Shown: positions 8,054-18,278, counted from the stretch's first letter. The stretch: DNA of 32,488 bases from a virus (IMGVR_UViG_2778261354_000015); one strand, 5' to 3'. Program-made: numbers and translations. The notes: generated by a model from the sequence alone, not told the origin.

Positions 8054-9088
8054 TCAGCCGTTGTCAGTGTCCAGTGAGTAGTTTTTAAAGCGGATGACTT
8101 CCTGGCCGAGCCAGCCGTTTATCTCGCGGATCCTGTCCTGTAGCGGGATAAGCTCATTGCGGACAAAGACCTTTGCCACTTTCTCAATATCGCCCAGCGA
8201 CCCGACGTTCTCCGGCTTGCCGCCCATCAACTGAAAGGGGATGCGGTGCGCGTCCAGCAGGTCAGCGGCGCTGGCTTTTTTGATATTAAAAAAATCGTCC
8301 TTCGTTGCCACTTCACTGAGCGGGATAATTTTAATGCCGTCGGCTTTCCCCTGTGGGGCATAGAGAAACAGGTTTTTAAAGTTGTTGCGGCCTTTCGACT
8401 TCACCATGTTTTCGCGGAGCATTTCGATATCGTTGCGATCCTGCACGGCATCGGTGACGTACATGATGTATCCGGCATGTGCGCCGTTTTCGTAATACTT
8501 GCGGCGGAACAGCGTGGCTGATTCATTCAGCCAGGCAGAGTTAAGGGCGCTGAGATATTCCGGCAGGCCGTACAGCTCCTGATTGATATCCGGCTCCAGC
8601 AGGTGAAACACGGAGCCGGGCGTGAAAGGTGTTGGCTCGTTGAAGGACGGCACCCACCAGTAAATATCTTCTTCCACACCACGGCGGGTATATTTTGCCG
8701 GTGAGGTTTCCAGTCTGATGACCTTACCGGTGGTGCTGTAACGCTTTTCCAGAAACGCATTACCGAACACCAGAAAATCCAGCACAAAGCGGCTGAAATC
8801 CTGCTGGGAAAGCCACGGATGCGGGATAAATGTCGAGGCCAGAATATTACGTTTGACGTAAATCGGGGAGCTGTGATGCACGGCAGCACGCAGGCTTTTT
8901 GCCAGACCGGTAAAGCTGACCGGTGGCTCATACCATCTGCCGTTACTGATGCACTCGACGTAATCCAGAATGTCACGGCGATCGAGTACCGGCACCGGCT
9001 CACCAAAGGTGAATGCCTCCATTTTCGGGGCGCTGGCGGTCATTGTTTTTGCCGCTGGTCGCGGTGTTTTCCCTTTTTTCTTGCTCAT
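8054..9088 (-). CDS. Q: Portal protein (344 aa)
   Basis: Length and sequence match P2 gpQ. Divergent from O and co-oriented with P. Confidence 0.95.
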   Translation of the reverse strand: MSKKKGKTPRPAAKTMTASAPKMEAFTFGEPVPVLDRRDILDYVECISNGRWYEPPVSFTGLAKSLRAAVHHSSPIYVKRNILASTFIPHPWLSQQDFSRFVLDFLVFGNAFLEKRYSTTGKVIRLETSPAKYTRRGVEEDIYWWVPSFNEPTPFTPGSVFHLLEPDINQELYGLPEYLSALNSAWLNESATLFRRKYYENGAHAGYIMYVTDAVQDRNDIEMLRENMVKSKGRNNFKNLFLYAPQGKADGIKIIPLSEVATKDDFFNIKKASAADLLDAHRIPFQLMGGKPENVGSLGDIEKVAKVFVRNELIPLQDRIREINGWLGQEVIRFKNYSLDTDNG

Positions 9089-10860
9089 CAGTAAAACTCC
9101 AGAATGGTGGATGTCAGCGGAGTGCTGATACCGGCGGTGAGTGGCTCATTTAACAGGGCGTGCATGGTCGCCCAGGCGAGGTCGGCGTGGCTGGCTTCCT
9201 CGCTGCGGCTGGCCTCATAGGTGGCGCTGCGTCCGCTGCTGGTCATGGTCTTGCGGATAGCCATAAACGAGCTGGTGATGTCGGTGGCGCTGACGTCATA
9301 TTCCAGACAGCCACGGCGGATAACGTCTTTTGCCTTGAGCACCATTGCGGTTTTCATTTCCGGCGTGTAGCGGATATCGCGAGCGGCGGGATAGAACGAG
9401 CGCACGAGCTGGAACACACCGACACCGAGGCCGGTGGCATCAATCCCGATGTATTCGACGTTGTATTTTTCGGTGAGTTTGCGGATGGATTCTGCCTGGG
9501 TGGCAAAGTCCATGCCTTTCCACTGGTGACGCTCAAGGATCCTGAATTTGCCACCGGCCACCACCGGCGGTGCCAGCACCACGCATCCGGCGCTGTCGCC
9601 ACGGTGTGACGGGTCGTAACCAATCCATACCGGGCGGGAGCCGAACGGATTTGCGGCAAACGGCGCATAGTCTTCCCATTCTTCCAGCGTGTCGACCATA
9701 CAGCGTTGCAGCTCCTCGAACGGGAACACCGACGCCTTGTCGTCAACAAATTCACACATGAACAGGTTTTTAAAATCGTCGGCGCTGTTTTCGCGTTTGA
9801 GCTGCTCAATGTCGAACAGCGTGCAGCCGCCTTTCAGGGCGTCCTCAATGGTGACAATCTGCCGCCACTGGCCGTCCGCACAGAGAAGCCCACCGGCAAG
9901 GGCGTTATGACTGACGTCGATTTCCACGCGTTCGGCGGCGCTGGCGCGTCCCCGGTTGAACAGTTCACCCGACCAGAACGGGTAGGCGTCGTGCGCCAGC
10001 GTGGACGGGGTGGAGAAATAGGTCGATCGCAGGTGACTCTGTGAGGCCATACCTGATGCCACCTTACGCAGCACCTGAAAATTCGGGATCCAGAAAATCT
10101 CGTCGACGTACAGGTCGCCGTTATGGCTCTGTGCGGTGTTGGAGTTGGTGCCGAGAAAAATCAGTTTTGCGCCGTTATTGCCCAGGACAATCGGGTCACC
10201 GGTCAGGTCAACGTCAACCAGACGGGCAAAGGCGATGATGTATTCGCGGAACACATACGCCTGCGTTTTACTGGCCGACAGAAAAATCTGGTTATGACCT
10301 GTTTTCAGGGCGCGCAGCAGCGCCTCGCGGGAAAAATAAAACGTCGCGCCAATCTGGCGGGATTTCAGGATATCGCGGATGCGGTGCTCAAGCCCGGCGC
10401 GATACCAGTGCAACTGATATTCGAAAGACTGCTCAAAGAAAATCTGCTCCAGCTTTTCGATAGCCTCGTCGCTGAAAAAATTCTTTTTCGGTTTGCGACG
10501 CCCGCCTTTGTTGCGGTTAGCGACGTTCGGATTAAGGTCTGCCTCGTTGCCGGTCTGGCTGTAGCGGTTTACCCGTGCCAGTCGTTCAATCTGGCGTCCG
10601 AGCAGGTCAATTTCCTTGAAGTCACCGCCGGTTTTCTGCGGTTTGATAATGAGCTGGGTCAGCCGCGCTTCCAGACTCATTTCGACACGGCTGATGGGGG
10701 CAACGCTGTCCCAGCCGTCGCGCTGTTTCCAGCTCTGCACCGTCGGGCGTTTCATCTGCAACATGGCGGCAATCTGCGGCACGGAAAACCCCTGCCAGTA
10801 CAGCAGCGCCGCCTGACGACGCGGGTCGTGCAAAAGAGTGGTGTCTGTGGTGATGGTCAT
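9088..10860 (-). CDS. P: Terminase large subunit (ATPase)
   Basis: 590 aa from the start MTITTDTTLL, matching P2 gpP. The ORF-track start at 10890 adds 10 residues that are probably not translated. Confidence 0.93.
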   Translation of the reverse strand: MTITTDTTLLHDPRRQAALLYWQGFSVPQIAAMLQMKRPTVQSWKQRDGWDSVAPISRVEMSLEARLTQLIIKPQKTGGDFKEIDLLGRQIERLARVNRYSQTGNEADLNPNVANRNKGGRRKPKKNFFSDEAIEKLEQIFFEQSFEYQLHWYRAGLEHRIRDILKSRQIGATFYFSREALLRALKTGHNQIFLSASKTQAYVFREYIIAFARLVDVDLTGDPIVLGNNGAKLIFLGTNSNTAQSHNGDLYVDEIFWIPNFQVLRKVASGMASQSHLRSTYFSTPSTLAHDAYPFWSGELFNRGRASAAERVEIDVSHNALAGGLLCADGQWRQIVTIEDALKGGCTLFDIEQLKRENSADDFKNLFMCEFVDDKASVFPFEELQRCMVDTLEEWEDYAPFAANPFGSRPVWIGYDPSHRGDSAGCVVLAPPVVAGGKFRILERHQWKGMDFATQAESIRKLTEKYNVEYIGIDATGLGVGVFQLVRSFYPAARDIRYTPEMKTAMVLKAKDVIRRGCLEYDVSATDITSSFMAIRKTMTSSGRSATYEASRSEEASHADLAWATMHALLNEPLTAGISTPLTSTILEFY

Positions 10861-11033
10861 GAATACCTCGCCGTGATGAATACACGGCAAGGCTACTGAG
10901 TCGCGCCCCGCGATTCGCTAAGGTGCTGTTGTGTCAGTGATAAGCCATCCGGGACTGATGGCGGAAGATGCGCATCGTCGGGAAACTGATGCCGACATGT
11001 GACTCCTCTAATCACTATTCAGGACTCCTGACA

Positions 11034-11888
11034 ATGGCAAAAAAAGTCTCAAAATTCTTTCGTATCGGCGTTGAGGGTGACACCTGTGACGGGCGTGTCA
11101 TCAGTGCGCAGGATATTCAGGAAATGGCCGAAACCTTTGACCCGCGTGTCTATGGTTGCCGTATTAACCTGGAACATCTGCGCGGCATCCTGCCTGACGG
11201 TATTTTTAAACGTTATGGTGATGTGGCCGAACTGAAGGCCGAAAAGATTGACGATGATTCGGCGCTGAAAGGCAAATGGGCGCTGTTTGCGAAAATCACC
11301 CCGACCGATGACCTTATCGCGATGAACAAGGCCGCGCAGAAGGTCTACACCTCAATGGAAATTCAGCCGAACTTTGCCAACACCGGCAAATGTTATCTGG
11401 TGGGGCTGGCCGTCACCGATGACCCGGCAAGCCTCGGCACGGAATACCTGGAATTCTGCCGCACGGCAAAACACAACCCCCTGAACCGCTTCAAATTAAG
11501 CCCTGAAAACCTGATTTCAGTGGCAACGCCTGTTGAGCTGGAATTTGAAGACCTGCCTGAAACCGTGTTCACCGCCCTGACCGAAAAGGTGAAATCCATT
11601 TTTGGCCGCAAACAGGCCAGCGATGACGCCCGTCTGAATGACGTGCATGAAGCGGTGACCGCTGTTGCTGAACATGTGCAGGAAAAACTGAGCGCCACTG
11701 AGCAGCGCCTCGCTGAGATGGAAACTGCCTTTTCCGCTCTTAAGCAGGAGGTGACTGACAGGGCGGATGAAACCAGCCAGGCATTCACCCGCCTGAAAAA
11801 CAGTCTCGACCACACCGAAAGTCTGACCCAGCAGCGCCGCAGCAAGGCCACCGGTGGTGGCGGTGACGCCCTGATGACGAACTGCTGA
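11034..11888 (+). CDS. O: Capsid scaffolding protein (284 aa)
   Basis: Starts at MAKKVSKFF, matching P2 gpO. The ORF-track start at 10968 is a probable over-extension. Confidence 0.93.
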   Translation: MAKKVSKFFRIGVEGDTCDGRVISAQDIQEMAETFDPRVYGCRINLEHLRGILPDGIFKRYGDVAELKAEKIDDDSALKGKWALFAKITPTDDLIAMNKAAQKVYTSMEIQPNFANTGKCYLVGLAVTDDPASLGTEYLEFCRTAKHNPLNRFKLSPENLISVATPVELEFEDLPETVFTALTEKVKSIFGRKQASDDARLNDVHEAVTAVAEHVQEKLSATEQRLAEMETAFSALKQEVTDRADETSQAFTRLKNSLDHTESLTQQRRSKATGGGGDALMTNC

Positions 11889-11946
11889 CCGGCGTCAGTC
11901 AGTCCGGGAAAACCTTCACGATTAACCCTTAATTTCAGGAAAAACT

Positions 11947-13020
11947 ATGCGCCAGGAAACCCGCTTTAAATTTAATGCCTACCTGTCCCGTGTTGCCGAA
12001 CTGAACGGCATCGACGCCGGTGATGTGTCGAAAAAATTCACCGTTGAACCGTCGGTCACCCAGACCCTGATGAACACCATGCAGGAGTCCTCTGACTTTC
12101 TGACCCGCATCAACATTGTGCCGGTCAGCGAAATGAAAGGGGAAAAAATTGGTATTGGTGTCACCGGCTCCATCGCCAGCACCACCGACACCGCCGGTGG
12201 CACCGAACGTCAGCCGAAGGACTTCTCGAAGCTGGCGTCCAGTAAGTACGAATGCGACCAGATTAACTTCGATTTTTATATCCGCTACAAAACGCTGGAC
12301 CTGTGGGCGCGTTATCAGGATTTCCAGCTCCGTGTCCGTAACGCCATTATCAAACGCCAGTCCCTTGATTTCATCATGGCCGGTTTTAACGGCGTGAGGC
12401 GTGCCGAAACCTCTGACCGCAGCAGTCACCCGATGCTGCAGGATGTGGCGGTCGGCTGGCTGCAGAAATACCGCAATGAAGCCCCGGCGCGCGTGATGAG
12501 CAAGGTTACTGACGAGGAAGGTCACACGACCTCTGAGGTCATCCGCGTGGGTAAGGGCGGTGATTATGCCAGCCTCGATGCACTGGTGATGGATGCGACC
12601 AACAACCTGATTGAGCCGTGGTATCAGGAAGACCCTGACCTTGTGGTGATTGTGGGGCGTCAGCTACTGGCGGACAAGTATTTCCCCATCGTTAACAAGG
12701 AGCAGGACAACAGCGAGATGCTGGCCGCTGACGTCATCATCAGCCAGAAACGCATCGGCAACCTGCCAGCGGTACGCGTCCCGTACTTCCCGGCGGATGC
12801 GATGCTCATCACGAAGCTGGAAAACCTGTCCATCTACTACATGGATGACAGCCATCGCCGCGTGATTGAGGAAAACCCGAAACTCGACCGCGTGGAGAAC
12901 TACGAGTCAATGAACATTGATTACGTGGTGGAAGACTACGCCGCCGGTTGTCTGGTGGAAAAAATTAAGGTCGGTGATTTCTCCACACCGGCTAAAGCGA
13001 CCGCAGAGCCGGGAGCGTAA
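11947..13020 (+). CDS. N: Major capsid protein (357 aa)
   Basis: Matches P2 gpN in length and sequence. Confidence 0.95.
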   Translation: MRQETRFKFNAYLSRVAELNGIDAGDVSKKFTVEPSVTQTLMNTMQESSDFLTRINIVPVSEMKGEKIGIGVTGSIASTTDTAGGTERQPKDFSKLASSKYECDQINFDFYIRYKTLDLWARYQDFQLRVRNAIIKRQSLDFIMAGFNGVRRAETSDRSSHPMLQDVAVGWLQKYRNEAPARVMSKVTDEEGHTTSEVIRVGKGGDYASLDALVMDATNNLIEPWYQEDPDLVVIVGRQLLADKYFPIVNKEQDNSEMLAADVIISQKRIGNLPAVRVPYFPADAMLITKLENLSIYYMDDSHRRVIEENPKLDRVENYESMNIDYVVEDYAAGCLVEKIKVGDFSTPAKATAEPGA

Positions 13021-13023
13021 CCG

Positions 13024-13761
13024 ATGACGAGTCCCGCACAGCGCCACATGATGCGGGTCTCGGCAGCGATGACCGCGCAGCGGAAAGCCGCCCCGCTGCG
13101 ACATGCAACTGTCTATGAGCAGATGCTGGTTAAGCTCGCCGCAGACCAGCGCACACTGAAAGCGATTTATTCAAAAGAGCTGAAGGCCGCGAAAAAACGC
13201 GAACTGCTGCCGTTCTGGTTGCCGTGGGTGAACGGCGTGCTGGAGCAGGGCAAAGGCGCACAGGATGACATTCTGATGACGGTCATGCTGTGGCGTCTGG
13301 ATACCGGCGATATCGCTGGTGCGCTGGAGATTGCCCGTTATGCCCTGAAATACGGTCTGACCATGCCGGGTAAACACCGCCGCACCCCGCCGTACATGTT
13401 CACCGAGGAGGTCGCGCTCGCGGCCATGCGCGCCCACGCGGCCGGTGAGTCTGTGGATACCCGCCTGCTGACGGAGACCCTTGAACTGACTGCCGCTGCT
13501 GACATGCCTGATGAAGTGCGCGCAAAGCTGCACAAAATCACCGGTCTGTTTCTGCGTGACGGTGGTGATGCCGCCGGTGCGCTGGCTCACCTGCAACGTG
13601 CGACACAGCTCGACTGTCAGGCAGGCGTCAAAAAAGAGATTGAACGACTGGAGCGGGAGCTGAAACCGAAGCCGGAGCCAAAAGCGGTCACCCGCGCCCC
13701 GCGTAAGACCCGGTGCGTGACACCGGCACAACGTGGGCGCCCGAAAAAGAAAGCCAGTTAA
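13024..13761 (+). CDS. M: Terminase small (endonuclease) subunit
   Basis: Matches P2 gpM. Follows N. Confidence 0.93.
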   Translation: MTSPAQRHMMRVSAAMTAQRKAAPLRHATVYEQMLVKLAADQRTLKAIYSKELKAAKKRELLPFWLPWVNGVLEQGKGAQDDILMTVMLWRLDTGDIAGALEIARYALKYGLTMPGKHRRTPPYMFTEEVALAAMRAHAAGESVDTRLLTETLELTAAADMPDEVRAKLHKITGLFLRDGGDAAGALAHLQRATQLDCQAGVKKEIERLERELKPKPEPKAVTRAPRKTRCVTPAQRGRPKKKAS

Positions 13762-13860
13762 CAACCGAATGCGCCCCGCGCCAGGGCGGCACGCCGGTCA
13801 GTGAGGGTGAATCACCTGACACTGCACCGGCGTCCACCGCCCGACTTTTCAGAGGTAGTC

Positions 13861-14370
13861 ATGATGACGCTGATTATTCCGCGAAAGGAGGCTCCCGTGT
13901 CCAGTGAGGGTACGGTGGTCATCCCGCAACCGGCAGGCGACGAGCCGGTGATTAAAAACACGTTCTTTTTTCCCGATATCGACCCGAAGCGCGTCCGGGA
14001 ACGTATGCGCCTTGAGCAGACCGTCGCCCCCGCCCGTCTGCGTGAGGCCATCAAGTCAGGCATGGCGGAGACGAATGCGGAGCTGTACGAGTACCGCGAA
14101 CAGAAAATTGCCGCCGGTTTTACGCGTCTGGCGGACGTTCCGGCGGACGACATCGACGGTGAAAGCATCAGAGTTTTTTACTACGAGCGCGCCGTGTGTG
14201 CGATGGCGACCGCGTCGCTTTATGAGCGTTATCGCGGCGTGGATGCCAGTGCGAAAGGCGACAAGAAGGCCGACAGCATTGACAGCACCATTGATGAACT
14301 GTGGCGGGATATGCGCTGGGCGGTGGCGCGTATCCAGGACAAGCCGCGCTGCATCGTGAGTCAAATCTGA
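13861..14370 (+). CDS. L: Head completion protein
   Basis: Starts at MMTLIIPRKE (169 aa), matching P2 gpL. The ORF-track start at 13801 is an over-extension. Confidence 0.9.
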   Translation: MMTLIIPRKEAPVSSEGTVVIPQPAGDEPVIKNTFFFPDIDPKRVRERMRLEQTVAPARLREAIKSGMAETNAELYEYREQKIAAGFTRLADVPADDIDGESIRVFYYERAVCAMATASLYERYRGVDASAKGDKKADSIDSTIDELWRDMRWAVARIQDKPRCIVSQI

Positions 14371-14573
14371 TGAAGACCTTTGCGCTACAGGGCGACACGC
14401 TCGACGCCATCTGTGTCCGGTATTACGGGCGCACTGAGGGCGTGGTCGAGGCTGTGCTCGCCGCAAATCCGGGACTGGCTGAACTGGGCGCGGTGCTGCC
14501 ACACGGCACCGCCGTCGAACTGCCCGACGTTCAGACCGCGCCCGTGGCTGAAACTGTCAATCTGTGGGAGTAA
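14370..14573 (+). CDS. X: Tail protein X (LysM-like)
   Basis: 67 aa from MKTFALQGDTLD. Its ATG overlaps the L stop (tgATG). Matches P2 gpX. Confidence 0.9.
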   Translation: MKTFALQGDTLDAICVRYYGRTEGVVEAVLAANPGLAELGAVLPHGTAVELPDVQTAPVAETVNLWE

Positions 14574-14576
14574 CGC

Positions 14577-14858
14577 ATGACAGCAGAAGAAAAAAGCGTC
14601 CTGTCGCTTTTCATGATTGGGGTGCTGATTGTTGTCGGCAAAGTGCTTGCCGGTGGTGAACCCATCACCCCGCGTCTGTTTATCGGGCGCATGTTGCTCG
14701 GTGGTTTTGTCTCGATGGTTGCCGGTGTTGTTCTGGTGCAGTTTCCTGACCTGTCACTGCCTGCGGTGTGCGGCATCGGCTCCATGCTGGGTATCGCCGG
14801 TTATCAGGTGATTGAGATTGCCATTCAGCGCCGTTTTAAGGGCAGGGGGAAACAGTAA
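14577..14858 (+). CDS. Y: Holin
   Basis: 93 aa with hydrophobic transmembrane segments. P2 gpY position. Confidence 0.9.
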   Translation: MTAEEKSVLSLFMIGVLIVVGKVLAGGEPITPRLFIGRMLLGGFVSMVAGVVLVQFPDLSLPAVCGIGSMLGIAGYQVIEIAIQRRFKGRGKQ

Positions 14859-15355
14859 TGCCGGTAATTAACACGCATCAGAATATCGCGGCCTTTCTCG
14901 ACATGCTGGCCGTGTCCGAAGGGACGGCGAATCATCCGCTGACGAAAAACCGGGGCTATGACGTGATAGTCACCGGACTGGACGGGAAGCCGGAAATTTT
15001 CACCGACTACAGTGACCACCCGTTCGCGCATGGCCGACCGGCGAAGGTGTTTAACCGTCGCGGTGAAAAATCCACGGCCTCCGGTCGCTATCAGCAGCTT
15101 TACCTGTTCTGGCCGCATTACCGCAAACAGCTTGCCCTGCCGGATTTCAGTCCGTTGTCACAGGACAGACTCGCCATTCAGTTGATCCGCGAACGCGGTG
15201 CACTGGATGACATCCGGGCGGGACGCATTGAGCGCGCCATTTCACGCTGTCGCAATATCTGGGCGTCCCTGCCGGGTGCCGGTTACGGTCAGCGTGAGCA
15301 TTCACTGGAAAAACTGGTCACCGTCTGGCGTACCGCCGGCGGCGTACCGGCTTAA
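14858..15355 (+). CDS. K: Endolysin
   Basis: 165 aa, matching P2 gpK. Follows the holin. Confidence 0.93.
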   Translation: MPVINTHQNIAAFLDMLAVSEGTANHPLTKNRGYDVIVTGLDGKPEIFTDYSDHPFAHGRPAKVFNRRGEKSTASGRYQQLYLFWPHYRKQLALPDFSPLSQDRLAIQLIRERGALDDIRAGRIERAISRCRNIWASLPGAGYGQREHSLEKLVTVWRTAGGVPA

Positions 15356-15369
15356 ACGGAGTAAACACC

Positions 15370-15795
15370 ATGAAGAAATTATCCCTTTCACTGATGCTGA
15401 ACGTGTCGCTGGCGCTGATGCTGGCACTGTCCCTGATTTACCCGCAGAGCGTGGCCGTCAATTTTGTCGCTGCCTGGGCGATTCTGGCGACGGTTATCTG
15501 TGTGGTTGCCGGTGGTGTCGGCGTGTATGCCACTGAGTATGTACTTGAACGCTACGGGCGGGAGCTGCCGCCGGAATCGCTGGCCGTGAAGATTGTCGCA
15601 TCGCTGTTTTTGCAGCCGGTGCCGTGGCGCAGACGGGCAGTGGCTCTGGTGGTGATGGTGACGACGTTTATCTCGCTGGTCGCTGCCGGGTGGATTTTTA
15701 CCGCGCTGATTTATCTCGTGGCGTCGCTGTTCTTCCGGCTGATACGTACGGCCTGCCGTCAGCGTTTTGAGGGGCGGGAACCATGTCAAAGCTGA
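15370..15795 (+). CDS. lysA: Lysis timing protein LysA (membrane protein)
   Basis: 141 aa, several hydrophobic helices. P2 LysA position. Confidence 0.88.
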   Translation: MKKLSLSLMLNVSLALMLALSLIYPQSVAVNFVAAWAILATVICVVAGGVGVYATEYVLERYGRELPPESLAVKIVASLFLQPVPWRRRAVALVVMVTTFISLVAAGWIFTALIYLVASLFFRLIRTACRQRFEGREPCQS

Positions 15796-16208
15796 TGACT
15801 GTGCTGGTCGTGTTGTTATCGCTGGCGGTGGCTGGTCTGTTTCTGGTGAAACATAAAAATGCCAGCCTGCGCACCTCGCTGGACAGGGCGAACAACGTCG
15901 CCAGTGAACAGCAGACGACCATCACCATGCTGAAAAACCAGCTTCATGTTGCACTCACCAGGGCAGACAAAAACGAGCTGGCGCAGGTGGCACTGCGTCA
16001 GGAACTGGAGAACGCCGCGAAGCGTGAAGCACAGCGCGAGAAAACCATCACGAGGTTACTCAATGAAAACGAAGATTTTCGCCGCTGGTATGGCGCTGAC
16101 CTGCCTGATGCTGTGCGCCGGTTGCACCAGCGTCCGGCCTGCACTGACGCCAGTGATTGTCCCCAACGCCTGCCCGAAAGTGAGCCTTTGCCTGATGCCG
16201 GGCAGTGA
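15783..16208 (+). CDS. lysB: LysB (Rz-like i-spanin)
   Basis: 141 aa with an N-terminal transmembrane segment and coiled-coil. P2 LysB. Confidence 0.9.
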   Translation: MSKLMTVLVVLLSLAVAGLFLVKHKNASLRTSLDRANNVASEQQTTITMLKNQLHVALTRADKNELAQVALRQELENAAKREAQREKTITRLLNENEDFRRWYGADLPDAVRRLHQRPACTDASDCPQRLPESEPLPDAGQ

Positions 16209-16353
16209 CCCGCAGACGAACGGCGATTTAAGTGCCGATATCCGGCAGCTTGAGAACGCGCTGGCACGCTGTGCCAGCCAGGTAAAAATGATTAAACACT
16301 GTCAGGACGAAAACGATGCTCAAACCCGACAGCCTGCGCAGGGCACTGACTGA
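16063..16353 (+). CDS. lysC: LysC (Rz1-like o-spanin lipoprotein), out of frame inside and beyond lysB
   Basis: 96 aa starting MKTKIFAAGMALTCLMLCAGC, with lipobox LCAGC. It sits in a different frame overlapping the 3' part of lysB, as in P2. Confidence 0.8.
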   Translation: MKTKIFAAGMALTCLMLCAGCTSVRPALTPVIVPNACPKVSLCLMPGSDPQTNGDLSADIRQLENALARCASQVKMIKHCQDENDAQTRQPAQGTD

Positions 16354-16783
16354 TGCCGTCACGGTGCTGAAAACCAGCCCCGAGATGCTGCGGATATTCG
16401 TGGATAACGGGAGTATTGCCTCCACACTGGCGACGTCGCTGTCATTCGAAAAGCGTTACACGCTCAATGTCATTGTGACCGATTTTACCGGTGATTTTGA
16501 CCTGCTCATCGTGCCGGTGCTGGCGTGGCTGCGGGAAAATCAGCCCGACATCATGACCACCGACGAAGGCCAGAAAAAGGGCTTCACGTTTTATGCAGAC
16601 ATCAACAATGACAGCAGCTTTGATATCAGTATCAGCCTGATGCTGACCGAGCGCACGCTGGTCAGTGAGGTGGACGGCGCGCTGCATGTGAAGAATATCC
16701 CGGAACCCCCGCCGCCGGAGCCGGTCACCCGCCCGATGGAGCTTTATATCAATGGCGAACTGGTGAGCAAGTGGGATGAATGA
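16316..16783 (+). CDS. R: Tail completion protein R
   Basis: 155 aa, matches P2 gpR. Confidence 0.92.
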   Translation: MLKPDSLRRALTDAVTVLKTSPEMLRIFVDNGSIASTLATSLSFEKRYTLNVIVTDFTGDFDLLIVPVLAWLRENQPDIMTTDEGQKKGFTFYADINNDSSFDISISLMLTERTLVSEVDGALHVKNIPEPPPPEPVTRPMELYINGELVSKWDE

Positions 16784-17228
16784 GTTTAAGCGTTTTGAAG
16801 ACCGGCTGACCGGACTGATTGAGTCGCTGTCACCGTCAGGGCGTCGGCGACTGAGTGCAGAACTGGCGAAACGTCTGCGGCAGAGTCAGCAGCGCCGGGT
16901 GATGGCACAGAAAGCCCCGGACGGCACACCCTACGCGCCACGCCAGCAGCAGAGCGCCAGAAAAAAGACCGGTCGTGTTAAGCGAAAAATGTTTGCGAAA
17001 CTTATCACCAGTCGTTTTTTGCATATCCGCGCCAGCCCGGAACAGGCATCAATGGAATTTTACGGCGGGAAGTCGCCGAAAATCGCCAGTGTGCATCAGT
17101 TCGGTCTGTCGGAAGAAACCCGGAAAGACGGTAAGAAAATTGATTATCCGGCGCGTCCTCTGCTCGGCTTTACCGGTGAGGATGTGCAGATGATTGAAGA
17201 GATTATCCTGGCTCACCTCGACCGTTAG
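16776..17228 (+). CDS. S: Tail completion protein S
   Basis: 150 aa, matches P2 gpS. Confidence 0.92.
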   Translation: MNEFKRFEDRLTGLIESLSPSGRRRLSAELAKRLRQSQQRRVMAQKAPDGTPYAPRQQQSARKKTGRVKRKMFAKLITSRFLHIRASPEQASMEFYGGKSPKIASVHQFGLSEETRKDGKKIDYPARPLLGFTGEDVQMIEEIILAHLDR

Positions 17229-17294
17229 TTGTGCCATTCCCGACACCTCATCGTCACATTGCCGCCGGTATGACCCGGCGGCATCCTTCCCGTT

Positions 17295-17930
17295 ATGAAC
17301 ACTCTCGCAAATATTCAGGAAATCGCGCGCGCACTGCGCAACATGATCCGCACCGGCCTTGTCGTCGAAACCGACCTTAACGCCGGTCGCTGCCGTGTGC
17401 AGACCGGCGGCATGTGCACTGACTGGCTTCAGTGGCTGACCCATCGTGCCGGTCGTTCGCGCACATGGTGGGCACCTTCCGTGGGGGAGCAGGTGCTGAT
17501 TCTGGCCGTGGGCGGTGAACTCGACACGGCGTTCGTTCTGCCGGGGATTTATTCCGGCGATAACCCCGCGCCGTCTGCGTCGGCGGATGCCCTGCATATC
17601 CGTTTCCCTGACGGGGCGGTGATTGAATATGAACCTGAAACCAGTGCACTCACGGTAAGCGGAATTAAAACAGCCAGCGTGACGGCTTCTGATTCTGTTA
17701 CTGCCACGGTGCCGGTGGTCATGGTGAAAGCATCAACCCGCGTCACCCTGGACACACCGGAGGTGGTCTGCACCAACAGGCTGATTACCGGCACGCTGGA
17801 AGTGCAGAAGGGCGGGACGATGCGCGGCAACATTGAACACACCGGCGGTGAACTCTCATCAAACGGTAAGGTACTGCATACCCATAAACACCCCGGCGAC
17901 AGCGGCGGCACAACCGGGAGCCCTCTATGA
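17295..17930 (+). CDS. V: Baseplate spike protein
   Basis: 211 aa, matches P2 gpV. First gene of the VWJIHG operon. Confidence 0.93.
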   Translation: MNTLANIQEIARALRNMIRTGLVVETDLNAGRCRVQTGGMCTDWLQWLTHRAGRSRTWWAPSVGEQVLILAVGGELDTAFVLPGIYSGDNPAPSASADALHIRFPDGAVIEYEPETSALTVSGIKTASVTASDSVTATVPVVMVKASTRVTLDTPEVVCTNRLITGTLEVQKGGTMRGNIEHTGGELSSNGKVLHTHKHPGDSGGTTGSPL

Positions 17931-18274
17931 CAGCGCGTTATCTCGGAATGAATCGCAGTGATGGCCTGACGGTCACTGACCTTGAGCATATCAGCCAGAG
18001 TATCGGCGATATCCTGCGCACACCGGTCGGCTCACGGGTGATGCGTCGTGATTACGGCTCGTTGCTGGCGTCAATGATTGACCAGCCGCAGACCCCGGCA
18101 CTTGAGTTGCAGATTAAGGTCGCCTGTTACATGGCGGTGCTGAAATGGGAACCCCGCGTCACCCTGTCATCCGTCACTACGGCGCGCAGCTTTGACGGGC
18201 GAATGACAGTTACGTTAACCGGCCAGCACAACGACACCGGCCAGCCACTTTCGTTAACCATCCCTGTGAGTTGA
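17927..18274 (+). CDS. W: Baseplate wedge protein (gp25-like)
   Basis: 115 aa, matches P2 gpW. Confidence 0.93.
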   Translation: MTARYLGMNRSDGLTVTDLEHISQSIGDILRTPVGSRVMRRDYGSLLASMIDQPQTPALELQIKVACYMAVLKWEPRVTLSSVTTARSFDGRMTVTLTGQHNDTGQPLSLTIPVS

Positions 18275-18278
18275 AACC

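Noticed and set aside
8527-10899. Long antisense or alternate-frame ORFs overlapping Q and P (for example 8527..9006 minus, 9160..9609 plus, 9354..9809 minus, 10123..10899 plus)
   Set aside because: They lie inside confidently assigned P2 portal and terminase genes in GC-rich DNA where long spurious ORFs are expected. No RBS or independent support.
10861-11033. Attempt to place Ogr-dependent late promoter dyads (TGT-N12-ACA) upstream of O, P, V and FI
   Set aside because: TTGT-containing motifs occur upstream of O (about 10928), V (about 17229) and FI (about 24163), but I could not find an exact TGT-N12-ACA match by eye. Late promoters are surely present but not mapped confidently, so they are not reported as features.
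11393-14502. Antisense ORFs within O, N, M and L (for example 11393..11851 minus, 11935..12525 minus, 13171..13764 minus, 14056..14502 minus)
   Set aside because: They overlap well-supported capsid and terminase genes. Products are low-complexity Arg/Ser/Ala-rich sequences typical of GC-rich antisense frames.
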